Shown piece by piece: positions 35,906 to 50,015 of a stretch of DNA of 64,000 nucleotides; the first letter of the stretch is position 1; each line of letters begins with the position of its first letter. Origin of the DNA: Ruditapes philippinarum (lineage: Eukaryota); assembly GCF_026571515.1 (NCBI RefSeq), contig NW_026863698.1, forward strand, positions 1-64,000, in the 5' to 3' direction. The translations under genes were made by a program, and so were the position numbers. The notes under the pieces were generated by a model that did not search any database, was not told where the DNA came from, and was given only the letters and a program-made list of their open reading frames with translations.

Positions 35906-37788
35906 TTTTTAGCTCACCTGTCACAAAGTGACAGGGTGAGCTTTTGTGATCGCTTTTCGTCCGGCGTCCGGCCGTCCGTCCGTCCGTAAACTTTTACTTT
36001 AAATGACATCTCCTCATAAACCACTAAGCCAATTTCATCCAAACTTCACAGGAATGTTCCTTTGGTGGTCACCTTTAAAAATTGTTCAAAGAATTTAATT
36101 CCATGCAGAACTCTGGTTGCCATGGCAACCGAAAGAAAAAACTTTAAATATCTTCTTTTAAAAAACCCTAAGAGCTAGAGCTTAGATATTTGGCATGAAA
36201 AAACTTCTAATGAGTGTCTACTAAGTTTGTTCAAATAAAAGCCCTGGGGTCAAAATTGGCCCCGCCCCAGGGGGTCTTTGATTTTCCCTATATGCATATA
36301 GTAAAAACTTAAAATATCTTCTTTTAAAGAACCCAAAGAGCTAGGGCTAAGATATTTAGCATGAAACATCTTCTAATGAGTGTCTACCAAGTTTGTTCAA
36401 ATAAAAGCCCTGGGGTAAAAATTGGCCCCGCCCCAGGGGGTCATTGATTTTCCCTATATGCATATAGTAAAAACTTAAAAAGTCTTCTTTTAAAGAACTC
36501 AAAGAGCTTGAGCTAAGATCTTTAGCATGAAACATCTTCTAGTGAGTGTCTACCAAGTTTGTTCAAATAAAAGCCCTTGGGTCAAAATTGGCCCCGCCCC
36601 AGGGGGTCTTTGATTTTCCCTATATGCATATAGTAAAAACTTAAAATATCTTCTTTTAAAGAACCCAAAGAGCTAGGGCTAAGATATTTAGCATGAAATT
36701 TCTCTTAATGAGTGTCTACCAAGTTTTGTTCAAATGAAAAGCCCTGGGGTCAAAATTGGCCCGCCCAGGGGGTCATTGATTTTCTCTATATGCATATAGT
36801 AAAACTTAAAAAATCTTCTTTTAAAGAATTCAAAGAGCTAGAGCTAAGATATTTAGCATGAAACATCTTCTAATTGGTGTCTACAAAGTTTGTTCAAATA
36901 AAAGCCCTGGGGTCAAAATTGGCCCCGCCCCAGGGGGTCATTGATTTTCTCTATATGCATATAGTAAAAACTTAAAAAATCTTCTTTTAAAGAATTCAAA
37001 GAGCTAGAGCTAAGATATTTAGCATGAAACATCTTCTAATTGGTGTCTACAAAGTTTGTTCAAATAAAAGCCCTGGGGTCAAAATTGGCCCGGCCCGGGG
37101 GTCCTTGATTTTCCTTATATGTGTATAGCAAAAAGTTAAAAAATCTTCTTTGAAAAAACCCAAATAGCTGGAGTTTAGATATTAAGCATGAAACATCTTC
37201 TAGTGAGTGTCTACAAAGTTTGTTCAAATAAAAGCCCTGGAGTCAAAATTGGCCCCGCCCCGGGTGTTATTGATTTTCCTTATATTTGTACAGCAAAAAC
37301 TTAAAAATCTTCTTTGTAAAAACCCAAATAGCTAGAGTTTAGATATTAAGCATGAAACATCTTCTAGTAATTGTCTACAATGTTTGTTCAAATAAAAGCC
37401 CTTGGGTCAAATTGGCCCCGCCCCAGGGGTGTCATTGGTTTAAACTATATTTGTATAGAAAAAAACTTAAAAATCTTCTTTAAAAAAAACCCCAATGAGC
37501 TAGAGCTTAGATGTTTAGCATGAAACATCTTCTTATGGGTGTCTACCAAGTTTGTTCAAATAAAAGCCCTGGGGTTAAAATTGGCCCTGCCAGAGGGGGG
37601 GGTATGGAAGGAGGGGGTAGATTGTTGTTTTTCATTATATGTGTGTAGTAAAAACTTAACATCGTGAAATATCTTCTAATGGGTGTCTTCCAAGTTTGTT
37701 CAAATAAAAGCCCTGGGGTTTAAACTGGCCCCGCTCCGGGTGCCTTTATACAGGTGAGCGACCTCAGGGCCATCATGGCCCTCTTGTT
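35906..37788 (+). mobile_element. Second copy of the same ~165 bp-array element family
   Basis: Ends nearly identical to 31007-32763; ~10 units. Confidence 0.88.
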
Positions 37789-38137
37789 TATGGGGGGATG
37801 GGATTTTATTATTGTTGACATGGGTTCGAATATGGGTCACCTGTGGTCAAACATTAGGTCACATTCAGCCCAAATAAAATGGTATTGAGCTTGCATAATC
37901 AGGTGAGCGATATTTTAAAGGGCCATCATAGCCATGTACAATCATATCCATTATAATATAGCCACAGTCATTGTCTATTACCTTTCACAATAATTGTTGC
38001 ATATACTTTAAATATGGTGATTTAATTTTTCATACAGAAGTATGGCCATCCAAAATGCCACCTGATATATTGCAATTGACTGACAAGATGACAATGATAT
38101 AATTTGACATAAAGCTTGAATATACAAAATAAAGAAG

Positions 38138-39766
38138 TTGTTATACCCCCACAAACGAAGTTTAGGGGGGGGTATATAGGAGTCAGCTTGTCGGTCGGTC
38201 GGTCGGTCCGTCGGTCGGTCCACATCATGGTTTCCAGACGATAACTAGAGTTTGGAGTGAGGTATTGTAATCAAACTTGGTATATAGCAACCTTATGTGG
38301 AAACCCCGGTTGGTATTGCATCTGGACCCCCTGGGGCCAAGGTCAAGGTCACCGTTACTAAAAATAGAAAAATGGTTTCCGGACAATAACTAAAGTTAGG
38401 AATGAGATATTGTAATCAAACTTGATGTACAGCAAGCTTATATGAAGACCCCGGTTGGTATTGCATCTGGACCCCCTGGGGCCAAGGTCAAGGTCACCGT
38501 TACTAAAAATAGAAAAATGGTTTCCGGACAAGAACTAAAGTTAGGAATGAGATATTGTAATCAAACTTGGTATATAGCAAGCTTATATGAAGACCCCTGT
38601 TGGTATTGCATCTGGACCCCCTGGGGCCAAGGTCAAGGTCACCGTTACTAAAAATAGAAAAATGGTTTCCGGACTATAACTAAAGTTAGGAATGAGATAT
38701 TGTAATCAAACTTGGTATATAGCATTAGCTTATATGAAGACCCCTGTTGGTATTGCATCTGGACCCCCTGGGGCCAAGGTCAAGGTCACCGTTACTAAAA
38801 ATAGAAAAATGGTTTCCGGACAATAACTAAAGTTAGGAATGAGATATTGTAATCAAACTTGGTATATAGCAAGCTTATATGAAGACCCCTGTTGGTATTG
38901 CATCTGGACCCCCTGGGGCCAAGGTCAAGATCACCGTTACTAAAAATAGAAAAATGGTTTCCGGACAATAACTAAAGTTAGGAATGAGATATTGTAATCA
39001 AACTTGGTATATAGCAAGCTTATATGAAGACCCCTGTTGGTATTGCATCTGGACCCCCTGGGGCCAAGGTCACCGTTACTAAAAATAGAAAAATGGTTTC
39101 CGGACTATAACTAAAGTTAGGAATGAGATATTGTAATCAAACTTGGTATATAGTATTAGCTTATATGAAGACCCCTGTTGGTATTGCATCTGGACCCCCT
39201 GGGGCCAAGGTCAAGGTCACCGTTACTTAAAATAGAAAAATGGTTTCCGGACAATAACTAAAGTTAGGAATGAGGTATTGTAATCAAACTTGGTATATAG
39301 CAAGCTTATATGAAGACATAGGTTGGTATTGCATCTGGACCCCCCTTGGGCCAAGGTCAAGGTCACCATTACTAAAAATAGAAAAATGGTTTCCGGACAA
39401 TAACTAAAGTTAGGAATCATATATTGTAATCAAACTTGGTGTTTAGCAAGCTTACATGAAGACCGCACTTGGTATTGCATTTGGACTCCCTGGGTTCAAG
39501 GTCACAGTTACTAAAAGTTGAAAAATGGTTTCCAGACAATTACTAGGGTTAGGAATGAGATATTGTTATCAAACTTGGTGTATAGCATGCTTATATCAAG
39601 ATTAAGATAGTTGGGATTGCAATAAATTGAAATAATTCTTTGTACACATTGCTGATGGTACTTTATTTACTGTAGGTTTATTTCAAATTTTTCATCAGAC
39701 AACTTATTGTTCAAGAGCCAAAGTTGCTGTTGGGGGTATTAATCACCTTCAGTGATAGGTCTAGTT
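38138..39766 (+). mobile_element. Helentron/pearl-like element with ~9 x 145 bp highly homogeneous array
   Basis: IR ataccccca / tgggggtat, (GTCG)n, 145-bp period, and 3' hairpin atcaccttcagtgat + ctagtt. Confidence 0.88.
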
Positions 39767-40859
39767 TGAAACTTTTAAAACATGGTTAAACCAATATAAT
39801 ATTATGTGAACAAAATTTAACATACCTTTATGTCAGTATTGAAATTTGAACGTGACTTAGTATTTCCATTAATCTTCCTAGGGCACAATTTCATTATTTG
39901 CACTGTGCTGTCACATTTCCAGATGCCTCTTTAGGAAATTCAAGGATATCATTAGTCCAATGATTCTGATTGACATTCTGGTTAGAAGACTAACCAAAAA
40001 TGATATGTGACGTTCTTTCAGTTAAAATGTGGTTAACTGTATGAATTAAAAATTATTTCTTCATCAAAACATCTCACTTGTTAAAAAGTTTTACTACAAT
40101 AAGGTTGGATACCTTTATTGACTATCATTGTTTGTTATGACAATGCCTATTACTTACTTCAAATAGGGATATCAATAGGAAACTTTCATTTCATTCAATA
40201 AAAACGTTGCTATTGTGAATCAAAATCAATCAATTAACATTCCACAATTTGTGAAGACCATTTCAAAGGCTTACAAAATGTTATAGCTAAGTTTCAAATA
40301 TTGTCAGCTTTTTAGAAAACCGCTTATCGCAAGTGATGTTTAATATGAAAAATCAAAAAGTATTAGTTAACCGGTAACATGTGTAATAAAGGCATCATTA
40401 AATAGTTTCATGTTAAATCTTATAGTAATCAACATCACCCAAACTGTAGTCATAATTACAGACGGAATTTATTACAATTAATGTTATCAATTTTGGGCAA
40501 GGTAATCAATTACATGATGATTACAGTGTAATCCTGCAATCAATTAAAAATGATTGCGATTAACGATTATCACAGGTCTGTACATAGAACAACCACACAG
40601 CATTTTAACATTTTGATAAGATCAATTTTATTTAACGAAAACATGATTTTGATTAAATTGAAATTATCACATACAATGTGTATGCATGAAGGTGATTTAC
40701 TTATGCAGTCTTTCATCACTTACTTGATCATCACTTACTCAAGTCAGAATTACTTCAACAATTGCATACAATAAGCATAATACTTATTCTAAAATACTCG
40801 ATTTCTTTTATAGTCAGTTTTCACAATAGCATTTTTACATGTGCTTATTATAGTTAATG

Positions 40860-41230
40860 AGAAATACTTGTCAAATGTGTTTTGTTTTTGATAGAATTGA
40901 CACAGTTTCCTTTTCTTTTGCAGTCTGTGCGAAATTAAATGATGAGTGGACATTTGGCAACTGTTTTGAAAGGAAGAATAATGTCAGATGATCTATGTAC
41001 AGAAGTGCCTCCTTGTGTGTCGTAACAGTTTCACTTCTTTTTCTTCATCACTTTCAGCATCCGCATCAGTTTCTTCATTTTGTTGTTTTTCATGCATATT
41101 TTGATTAATTTATCTTCCAAGTCTGACTCAAGTTCTTCATGAACAGGAAATTCAATGTCAATGTTCAGAAAGTCTTGGACAGCCATGTCTTATTGTTCAC
41201 AAATCATTCCTCTTTCTAGGGGCCCTCGTA
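40860..41230 (-). pseudogene. Tigger/pogo transposase C-terminal relic
   Basis: The minus strand reads QDFLNIDIEFPVHEELESD..DAESDEEKE..THKEALLYIDHL..QNTFDKYF across frameshifts, the typical TIGD-family C-terminus. Confidence 0.6.
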
Positions 41231-41435
41231 AGATCAGCAAATTCAATTAATGGGCGATTGCATGAAAGATACCTATGTAGCTCTTACTCTTATCAAGTCA
41301 AATTTTGAATGGGTTGTTCTGACACATCATCAGAACACTCATCCATATCTGTAAACTTTTAAGGTTACCTGCGTTGGTTCAGGGTGAGATTTTTAAGGAT
41401 TATTTAATGTCTATCTTCCATTCATAGACTTACTG

Positions 41436-43380
41436 TTTTTAACCAGGTTTTCCGAAGGAAAAACTGGTTATTAGATTGAGGGAATGTCGGCGGGCGGGCG
41501 TAAACAATTTCTTCTGTGCGCAACTCCTCCTACATTTCTCAACGGATTTCGACCAAACTTTCACAGAAGCTTTGTCATCAAGTGCCCTGGCGCATATTGT
41601 CGGGGTTTTGTGATTGGATAATATTTAACCTAATTATGGCCCTTTGTTTTTTTCCTTATAAAGAATATATAGTGAAAAATTTCTTCTGTGCGCAACTCCT
41701 CATATATTTCTGAACAGATTTTAACCAAACTTTCAAAGAAGCTTTGTCATGAAGTGTCCTGGCGCATATTGTTGGGGTTTTGTGATTAGATAATTTTTGA
41801 CCTAATTATGGCCCTTTGTTTTTTTTCTTATACAGAATATAAAGTAAACAATTCCTTCTGTGCGCAACTCCTCCTACATTTCTCAACGGATTTTGACCAA
41901 ACTTTCACAGAAGCTTTGTCATCAAGTGCCCTGGCGCATATTATCGGGGTTTTGTGATTGGATAATTTTTGACCTAATTATTGACCTTTGTTTTTTTCCT
42001 TATATAGAATATATAGTGAACAATTTCTTCTGTGCGCATCTCCTCATATATTTCTGAACTGATTTTGACCAAACTTTCACAGAAGCTTTGTCATGAAGTG
42101 TCCTGGCGCATATTGTTGGGGTTTTGTGATTAGATAATTTTTGACCTAATAATGGCCCTTTGTTTTATTTCTTATACAGAATATAAAGTAAACAATTCCT
42201 TCTGTGCGCAACTCCTACATTTCTCAACGGATTTTGACCAAACTTTCACAGAAGCTTTGTCATCAAGTGCCCTGGCGCATATTGTCGTGTTTTTAATTAC
42301 ATTATCATAATATTTGACATAATTATGGCCCATTGTTTTTTTTTCCTTATATAGAATATGTAGTGAACAATTTATTCTGTGAGCAACTCCTCCTACATTT
42401 CTCAACGGATTTTGACCAAACTTTCACAGAAGCTTTGTCATCAAGTGCCCTGGCGCAATTTGTCGGGGTTTTGTTATTGGATAATTTTTGACCTAATTAT
42501 GGACCTTTGTTTTTTTTTCCTTATACAGAATATATAGTGAACAATTCCTTCTGTGCGCAACTTCTACATTTCTCTACGGATTTTGACCAAACTTTCACAG
42601 AAGCTTTGTCATCAAGTGCCCTGGCGCATATTGTCGTTTTTTTTAATTGCATAATATTTGACATAATGATGGCCCTTGTTTTTTCCTTATATAGAATATG
42701 TAGTGAACAATTTCTTCTGTGAGCAACTCGGATCCTACATTTCTCAACGGATTTTGACCAAACTTTCACAGAAGCTTTGTCATCAAGTGCGCTGGCGCAT
42801 ATTGTAGGGGTTTTGTAATTGGATAATTTTTTACCTAATTATGCCCCTTTGTTTTTTTCCTTATACAGAATATATAGTGAACAATTTATTCTGTGAGCAA
42901 CTCCTCCTACATTTCTCAACGGATTTTGACCAAACTTTTACAGAAGCTTTGTCATCAAGTGCCCTGTCGCATATTTGAGGTTTTTTTCAATTGGATAAAA
43001 GTTGGCATAATTATGGACCTTTGTTATTTTTTCCTTATAAAGAATATATAGTGAACAATTTCTTCTGTGCGCAACTCCTACATTTTTCAACGGATTTTGA
43101 CCAAACTTTCACAGAAGCTTTGTCATCAAGTGCCCTGGCGCATAATTGTCAGGGTTATGTGATTGAATATTTGACCTAATTATGGCCCTTCGTTTTTTTC
43201 CTTATAAAGATTATATAGTGAACAATTTATTCTGTGGGCAATTCCTCCTACATTATTCATGATTTACATTGCACATAGTTACATTGTTTGTTGCTTGTAT
43301 TTGTATTTCAACTACAACATATTTATCTACAATGGCGATAATTGAAAACCTGGTTTCGTGACATTGCCATGTTTCTTGTT
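41436..43380 (+). mobile_element. Helentron/pearl-like element with ~10 x 172 bp array
   Basis: IR aaccaggttttc / gaaaacctggtt, (GGCG)n, 172-bp period and 3' end ...catgtttcttgtt. Confidence 0.88.
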
Positions 43381-46300
43381 AGTATTTATCACCATATTTC
43401 TACGGCGGACTAATGCAGTTAATGCTATTTTTGCATATTTAGCCTGTTTCCCTTATCAATGTGTACATTCCTTTCTTAGCTTTGGTCACTTACTTTTAAA
43501 TACATCTGAAAAAGTTTTCATGAAATCAGCATTAACTGGAAGCATGTTGCTTTTAAACTGTGTTGCTTACTTATAATGAGACAATGTGTAGAACACAGGT
43601 TTTGGCTTCCTGAAAACAAAGTTGGCCCAGCCCCGGGGGATTACTTGATTTATATAGACTTATAAACTATCTAAGTTAAATTGGGTGAAAGTACCATGTT
43701 TAGAGCTTAGATCTTTGACATAAAGCATTGCCTAATTGACCTTTACAAAACTAATAGTAGTGTAATCAGTGGCTTATTTCTAGAGGTAAGTGGTCACAAA
43801 AACAAGGGTTATCATAATTATATCAAAATGTTTGAAGTTAACATTTAAACAAATGATTTTTTCTGACAGTCTACATGTATCATTGCTGAAATGACAGGTG
43901 TTCTACTTTATCATGCGAAGGACTGTTACCAATCTTCTGTAGTTAGCATAAATACTTGTTAAAATTTTTTCCCCCATTAAAGTAGGAAATTAAAAGAAAA
44001 AATTTTGCTAGATTTAAATTTCATTTTTCCCATGTAAACAAATGCACAAAAATACATTAAAAAAATTCATCCTCCCATAAAATATTACCACAAATTTTCG
44101 TTGTCCAAAATTTTCAATGCTTTTACTAAGAAGAAATTTGAAAAAAACCGTATAGGACAATTTTTTGATGGGGCATTTGTTTTTTAAATGGGGTCACAGT
44201 CTTGCCATTTAACACGGTTTAAAAAATTGTTTTGATTAGTGGACAACTTGTTTTTTTAAAAGAGGGTAAAAAACCCCTTGAAATTTTTATATAGGCCTTT
44301 TTTTAAATTTTAAAAAGCGAAAAAGGGCCTTTAAAAAAAACCCATTCAAATTTGATACATTCGGGCCAAAAATTTACTCACTCATTTAACGGGAGCAACA
44401 GAAAAAGGGTGTTTTTGGACTGGGTTTTTAAATATGGAAACATCCCCCATTTAAAATTTAAGTTTTTAAACAGAAAAAAAAAAAATGCAGAAATCCCTAG
44501 AAAATTTCTTATTTTTTTGTTTTATCTTTAAATCATCAACCTGTTTTTGCAATAAAAAACAAGTAATAATAAAATTAGATTTTAAAAAGAAAGCTTAAAG
44601 ATATTTAATTCTACGTTTTAAAAAAATTGGGCAAATTTTTACACTAAACGGGATCAGTGAAAAATTAAAACTGAAATTTTTTTATAAATTGAAACTGGTT
44701 AATGCATTTGGAGATTATCAATTTTTTTTTTTCCCTTGGGAAAATTTCTGGTGCCGCAAAATAACTAAAAAATTTGTCAAATTTTCACAAAAAATCCAAT
44801 GATAACTCAAAAGTACTAAAAAATTTTTTATGAAACTTGAAATATGGGTAGATGGCAGTCTGGAGATTATGCATGTCTTATCTGTTTTTCCTAGTTTGAA
44901 AAAATATTGGTTGCCTTGGCAACAAATAGGCTTAAAACATGGCAAATATAACAATATTTGTGATTAGTAAAAACAGAGCTGAAAATTTTTATGAAGTTGC
45001 ATCTTTAATTCAAGAGTTATCTCCTCTTTAAGAATTTTGTTTTTAAAATGTTATATTTTGTTAACAGGGGTGTTTCAAATATTAACTTCAGAGTCTCCTT
45101 CAGTCTGTATGTCTGTCTGTTCATAAAAAATTGTTTCCTGTGATCACTTTTAAAGAACTATTCCAACAAATTTACTTAAAATAGAGAAAAATTAAAACAT
45201 TAGTGAATGGCCAATGACCCTTCAGAATGTTGATGGGGTTCTAACCGGTATGGGACTTATCGATTGCTTGCAAACAATAATTGTTTGTTTGTAATTTACT
45301 TTCATACTTGAAAAATGGCATCAAAGCCCGTATAAACAGGGGAATTTTTTTTAAAAACAAAGGGGACGAACCATTGGTAATAGAAATTGACATCCTGTTA
45401 TAACTCTTTGAATTTAAAACTAAAGAAAAAATTTACATACGAGATTTATTACTTGTCAACAAAGGGTTTCATTATTAGTAAAAATTAAAATTTTTAATAA
45501 AAAAAGCAAAACTGTTCCAGAATATATATGATAAAAAAACAATTTTCAGTTTTTTCCGGATATAAGATAATTTCATTAATTTTGCGGGGAAAAATCGGGC
45601 CCGGTTACAAATTTTGGGTACCTTGCTATGTTTTTCCAATGCCTTTTCCTAGCTTAACACCCACATGCACAGACGAAAGAAAAGGACTTAAAATACACTC
45701 CAGCAAAAATTTTTTCATCACACCGACCAGATAGGCCAAATATGTTTTACTAAAAAGTCACGCGGTTACCTGGTGTGAGAAAAATAGATCGATCTTGTTG
45801 CTTTTGAGATAACTGAAATATTGAGTGATTTTCCAGGGAAACTAATGTACATGTATGTGGACAGCTTAGATATTTTTTGAATTGTTCTAAAAATATATCC
45901 ATCAGGGCAGTCTTGCCACTTATACTTTTATGTTGGATTTGAAATTTGCCAAAACTAGAGTGAACATGTCAATTTTCAATATTTTTTCTTCAGCACTGTG
46001 AGAATTAATGTAACCCTGACACCATTTAATTTCCTGAAAGTCCCTATTTCCAGCCTGAAAGGTATCCAATCTGTTGCAAAAAAAGTGGTTGTCCTTGCTT
46101 TAAAATTTAATTTTCATCCTGATGTCGTTTGTTTCTACATAACTGTCAATATTATCGTCATTCAATTTCCCTTCTTGTCCATCCCTTATTGCACTCACTA
46201 ATCTTCTTTCACAATGTACGCTAAATTTATCAACCTCGTTCTTCTTAGTGTTCGATGACATGGTTATGTGTAGCTTGTTCAAACGACTCAACAGCTTCAA

Positions 46301-46774
46301 GGAAATTTAATGAACACTGTAGATATATAAACCAAAAAGTTTCTCCTGTTATTAAACATGTATAATTATGTAATATTATAGATGTATAATCATATAATAT
46401 TAATTATTGTTATTATTATCATATTAATTATATAATACCTGCTTTTTTTCAATAAAAAATTATATACATAAAACTTGTTTATTTTCATAAGCACGGGATC
46501 TTTAAAACTTTGTTATATCCTAACAAAAAAACTGATGTATAGAAAGAAAACAGAATACCTCGTTATCTGCTTGGCATTTTAACAGCTAGAACAGTCAAAC
46601 AGTTCTGTAGAGCTGATGTCCGTGTATTCCTACTGTTAAGGATTATAGCATATATCATGTTGCATTCTTGTTCCCTGTTTCACCTTAACATTATCCAGCA
46701 GTTCATATTAAGGAACATCCAAAGTCAGGGAAAATAAGATATCCTCAAATAATGCCTCTGTTTGCTGCATCGTC

Positions 46775-47740
46775 TTTTTAGCTCACCTGACCACAAAGTG
46801 GTCAAGGTGAGGTATAGTGATAGTGCTATGTCCGCAGTAGTGCGTCGGTCGTTGTCAACAAATGGGTTGTTACCACTCACGGTCACAATTTTGATTGGAT
46901 CATCATCAAACTATGTCAGAATGTTTGTCAATGAAATAAAGGTCAATTTCCAATATGGGTCATTTCCAGTCAATAACTAGGTCACAGGACCTGAAAATAG
47001 AAAATCTTGCAAACACTCTTGTGGCTGCAGTTTTGATCCAAATATCCTGAAAATTGGTCTGGAAGGTTGCTTTGCTGATTTCTGAATCAACTCCACATAA
47101 TTATAGGTCATCTTGGGTCAAAAACTAGGTCACAGGAGCTAAAAATAGAAAAATTCTGTTAACATTCTTCTAGTGGTTGCAGTTTAGATCAAAATATTTC
47201 TGGAAATTCGTCAAGAAGGTTGTTTTTGATGATTTATGGGTCAAGATCGATTATGGGTCATCTCCGGTAAAAAAACTAGGTCACAGGAGCTTAAAAATAG
47301 AAAAATCTTCTTGACACTTTAGTGGCTGCAGTTTTTGATCAAAATTTCCTTGAAATTTGGTCAGGAAAAGGTTGTTTTTGATGATTTGAAGTAAAGTTTG
47401 AATATGGGCCATCTTCTGGTCATAAAAACTAGGTCCCAGGAGCATAAAATATACAACAATCTTTGTTAACACTCTAGTGGCTGCAGTTTTTATTCAAATA
47501 TCTGGAAAAGGGTCTTCAAGTTTGTTTTTGATGATTTCATTGGTCAATTTCAAATATGGGTTATCTGGGGTCAAAAACCTAGGTCACTGTCCAAATATTG
47601 AAAAAAACCGTGTTAACACTCTATTTGAGGTCTCATTTTTTGACTCATTTGTCATCAAAGTTTGTCAGAAAGCTTGACTAGGTAATTTCTCGGGTGAGTT
47701 TGATGGGAGGGGCGATTGGGGCATTTGGCCCCCGTTAAGT
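46775..47740 (+). mobile_element. Degenerate Helentron/pearl-like element with ~150 bp units
   Basis: ttttagctcacctgaccacaaagtggtcaaggtgag start; repeated aaaactaggtcacaggagct..aaatagaaaa. Confidence 0.7.
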
Positions 47741-48529
47741 AAAGAATATTTAGTTGGTTTCTTCTAAGTTAAATTTTTCGCCGACTTCTTTTGGACACTT
47801 TTCAATGTCACTTTTTTTTGGAAAGGGAGGTAAAACAAAAGGAAAAAAATACATGAAAACTGATTCGGATAAGTAATGTCTGCATATTAAGTTTTTGGGC
47901 GCATGGGAAAAAAAGTCGGTTACTAAAACTATTCACAAGCCCCTACAGAGAAGCCCCGGTATTAGGGGATAGTCAAAAATTACATCTTTCCTTTTCTTGA
48001 AGAAAAAATGCAAAAGTTAAAAAATTTTAATAAAAACCCCCAAAATGAAAACAAAAACAAAACAGAATGGCTTTTTTTTAAAAAAATTTCATTTTTAAAA
48101 AAAAGAAAACAAAACCCCCCAAGAAAGTCCAAAATGTTGACTATCAGTTTATGGTCTGTAATTACTTTAAAATGTTATCCAATATTAACTACAAAATATG
48201 AATGTTTCTATCACCCAAGTTTACTGCTAAGCATGTCTTCTCACATTCTTCGCAATTTTGACTGTAAATGCCTTTCAATATGATTTTAGTGTTCTGCTTG
48301 CATAGGCTACGGGTCTTAAATGTCCATCATTTTGCACTTTAAGCAAAAAGCACTAAGTCCATATAGTGAGTCAATCAACCATTAAGAGTTGTCACCTTCT
48401 GTGTTAAAGAAAGGCCATGTTACTTGCACTTGTCAGTGACTTTAAGGTCATGACCATCCTAAATGCTTTGAAGAGTATTGAAATAGGCTAGAACTGCTGT
48501 TAAAAATACATTGAAAAATTAGGAACTTG

Positions 48530-50015
48530 TTGTTGTTAGCCTTCGGCTAAAAATAGAAATACCTTTAAATGTCTATTTCTACAGAACTAATGGTGGATGA
48601 TCACCAAACTTTGTCTAGCATTCTTGGGTAGTCTATGATCAGTTTGCTCATCATTAATTTGATTAGCCCCTTTTAGGGTCTCTATGCTAAAAATAGAAAA
48701 ATCTTTAGAAATCTTCTTCTATCAGAAGTAATTGATGGATGATCACCACTTTTTGTGGGGCGTCCGTGGCGGCGAGTGGTTAAGGTCGTTTGACTTCAAA
48801 CCACTTGCCCCTCACCGCTGTGGGTTCGAATCCCGACAGGGACTTTGGATTCTTTCATGTCAGGGAAGCTATCCAGCCAAGCTTACGGAGACGTCGGTGG
48901 TTCTAACTCGGGTGCCCGTTCGTGCCTGAAATAATGCACGGAAGGGCACCTGAGGTCTTCTCCACCAGTAAAGCTGGAACGTCACATATGACCTATACTG
49001 TGTCGATGTGACGTAAAACCAATCAAAGCAAACAAAAACCAATTTTTGTCTGTAGCATTCTTGGTAGTCTTTTATCAAATTTGGGTCCTATGAATTTGAT
49101 TTGGCCCCATAGAAATACCTTGATATTTCTAATTTCTACAGAACTAATGGATGGATTATCACCAAACTTTGTCTGTTAGCCTTGTTGTGTAGTCTTTTAT
49201 TTAGTTTGCTCATTTTATTTTGATTGGCCCTTTTAGGGCACGCTAAAAAAAAATAGATATACATTTAAACGTCTATTGCTACAGGTATACATTTAAACGT
49301 CTTTGCTACAGAACTAATTAATGGATGATCACCAAACTTTGTAGCGTTTTGGGGTAATCTTTCATCAAGTTTTGCTCACATTAATTTTGTTGGCCCCTTT
49401 TAGGGCCGCTTAAGCTAAAAATAGAAAAACTTCAAACATCTCACTTCAGGACCAATGGACGGATATCACCAAACTTTGAGCATTTTTTGGGTTTAATCTT
49501 TTTTTCAAGTTTGCTCACATTAATTTGATTGGCCCCTTTTAGGGGCCGCAAAAAAGCTAAAAATAGAAAAAAACTTTTAAACATCTTCTTTTTCAAAGAA
49601 CCCAATTGATGGATGGTCAACCAAACTTTATCTGTAGCATCTTTGGTACTCTTTTATCAAGTTTGCTTATATTAAATTTTGATTTAGCCACTTTTAGGGA
49701 GCCACTAAAAGCTAAAAAGTAGAAAAAAAAACTTCGAAACATCAGTTTCCTAACTGAAATAATTGATAGATGATCACCAAACTTTGAAGCATTCTTAGGA
49801 AGTATTTTACGAAAGTTTGCCGCCATATTAATTTGATAAGCCCCCGTTTAACCTAAAGCTTAAATGCCCCGGTCAATGGCATTTCTTCAATTATTTGTTT
49901 AAACATATTCTATGCTCAAATTTGATATTACAATATAATTGGACATTCCAACAAGTGAAAAGCCAGTTGTTTTCTGGTGAGCAGACTCCAGGTCTAATCA
50001 TGGGCCGCTTTGTCT
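48530..50015 (+). repeat. Degenerate ~130 bp tandem array of a pearl-like element
   Basis: Repeated gatggatgatcaccaaactttg...ttggcccctttt agg..gctaaaaatagaaa; 3' end ggtgagc...catgggcc. Confidence 0.7.
48757..49037 (+). mobile_element. tRNA-derived SINE, same family as 19075-19347, inserted into a satellite unit
   Basis: Near-identical body; imperfect TSD accactttttgt / accaatttttgt. Confidence 0.9.

Noticed and set aside
28838-43179. Repeated ORFs in tandem arrays; possible CRISPR-like periodicity
   Set aside because: Units are fully repeated satellites with no unique spacers and no cas genes, in a eukaryotic context.
43900-45800. Short Lys/Phe-rich ORFs and odd homopolymer-rich sequence (also 47700-48150)
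   Set aside because: This looks like low-quality long-read consensus or decayed repeats; no interpretable feature.
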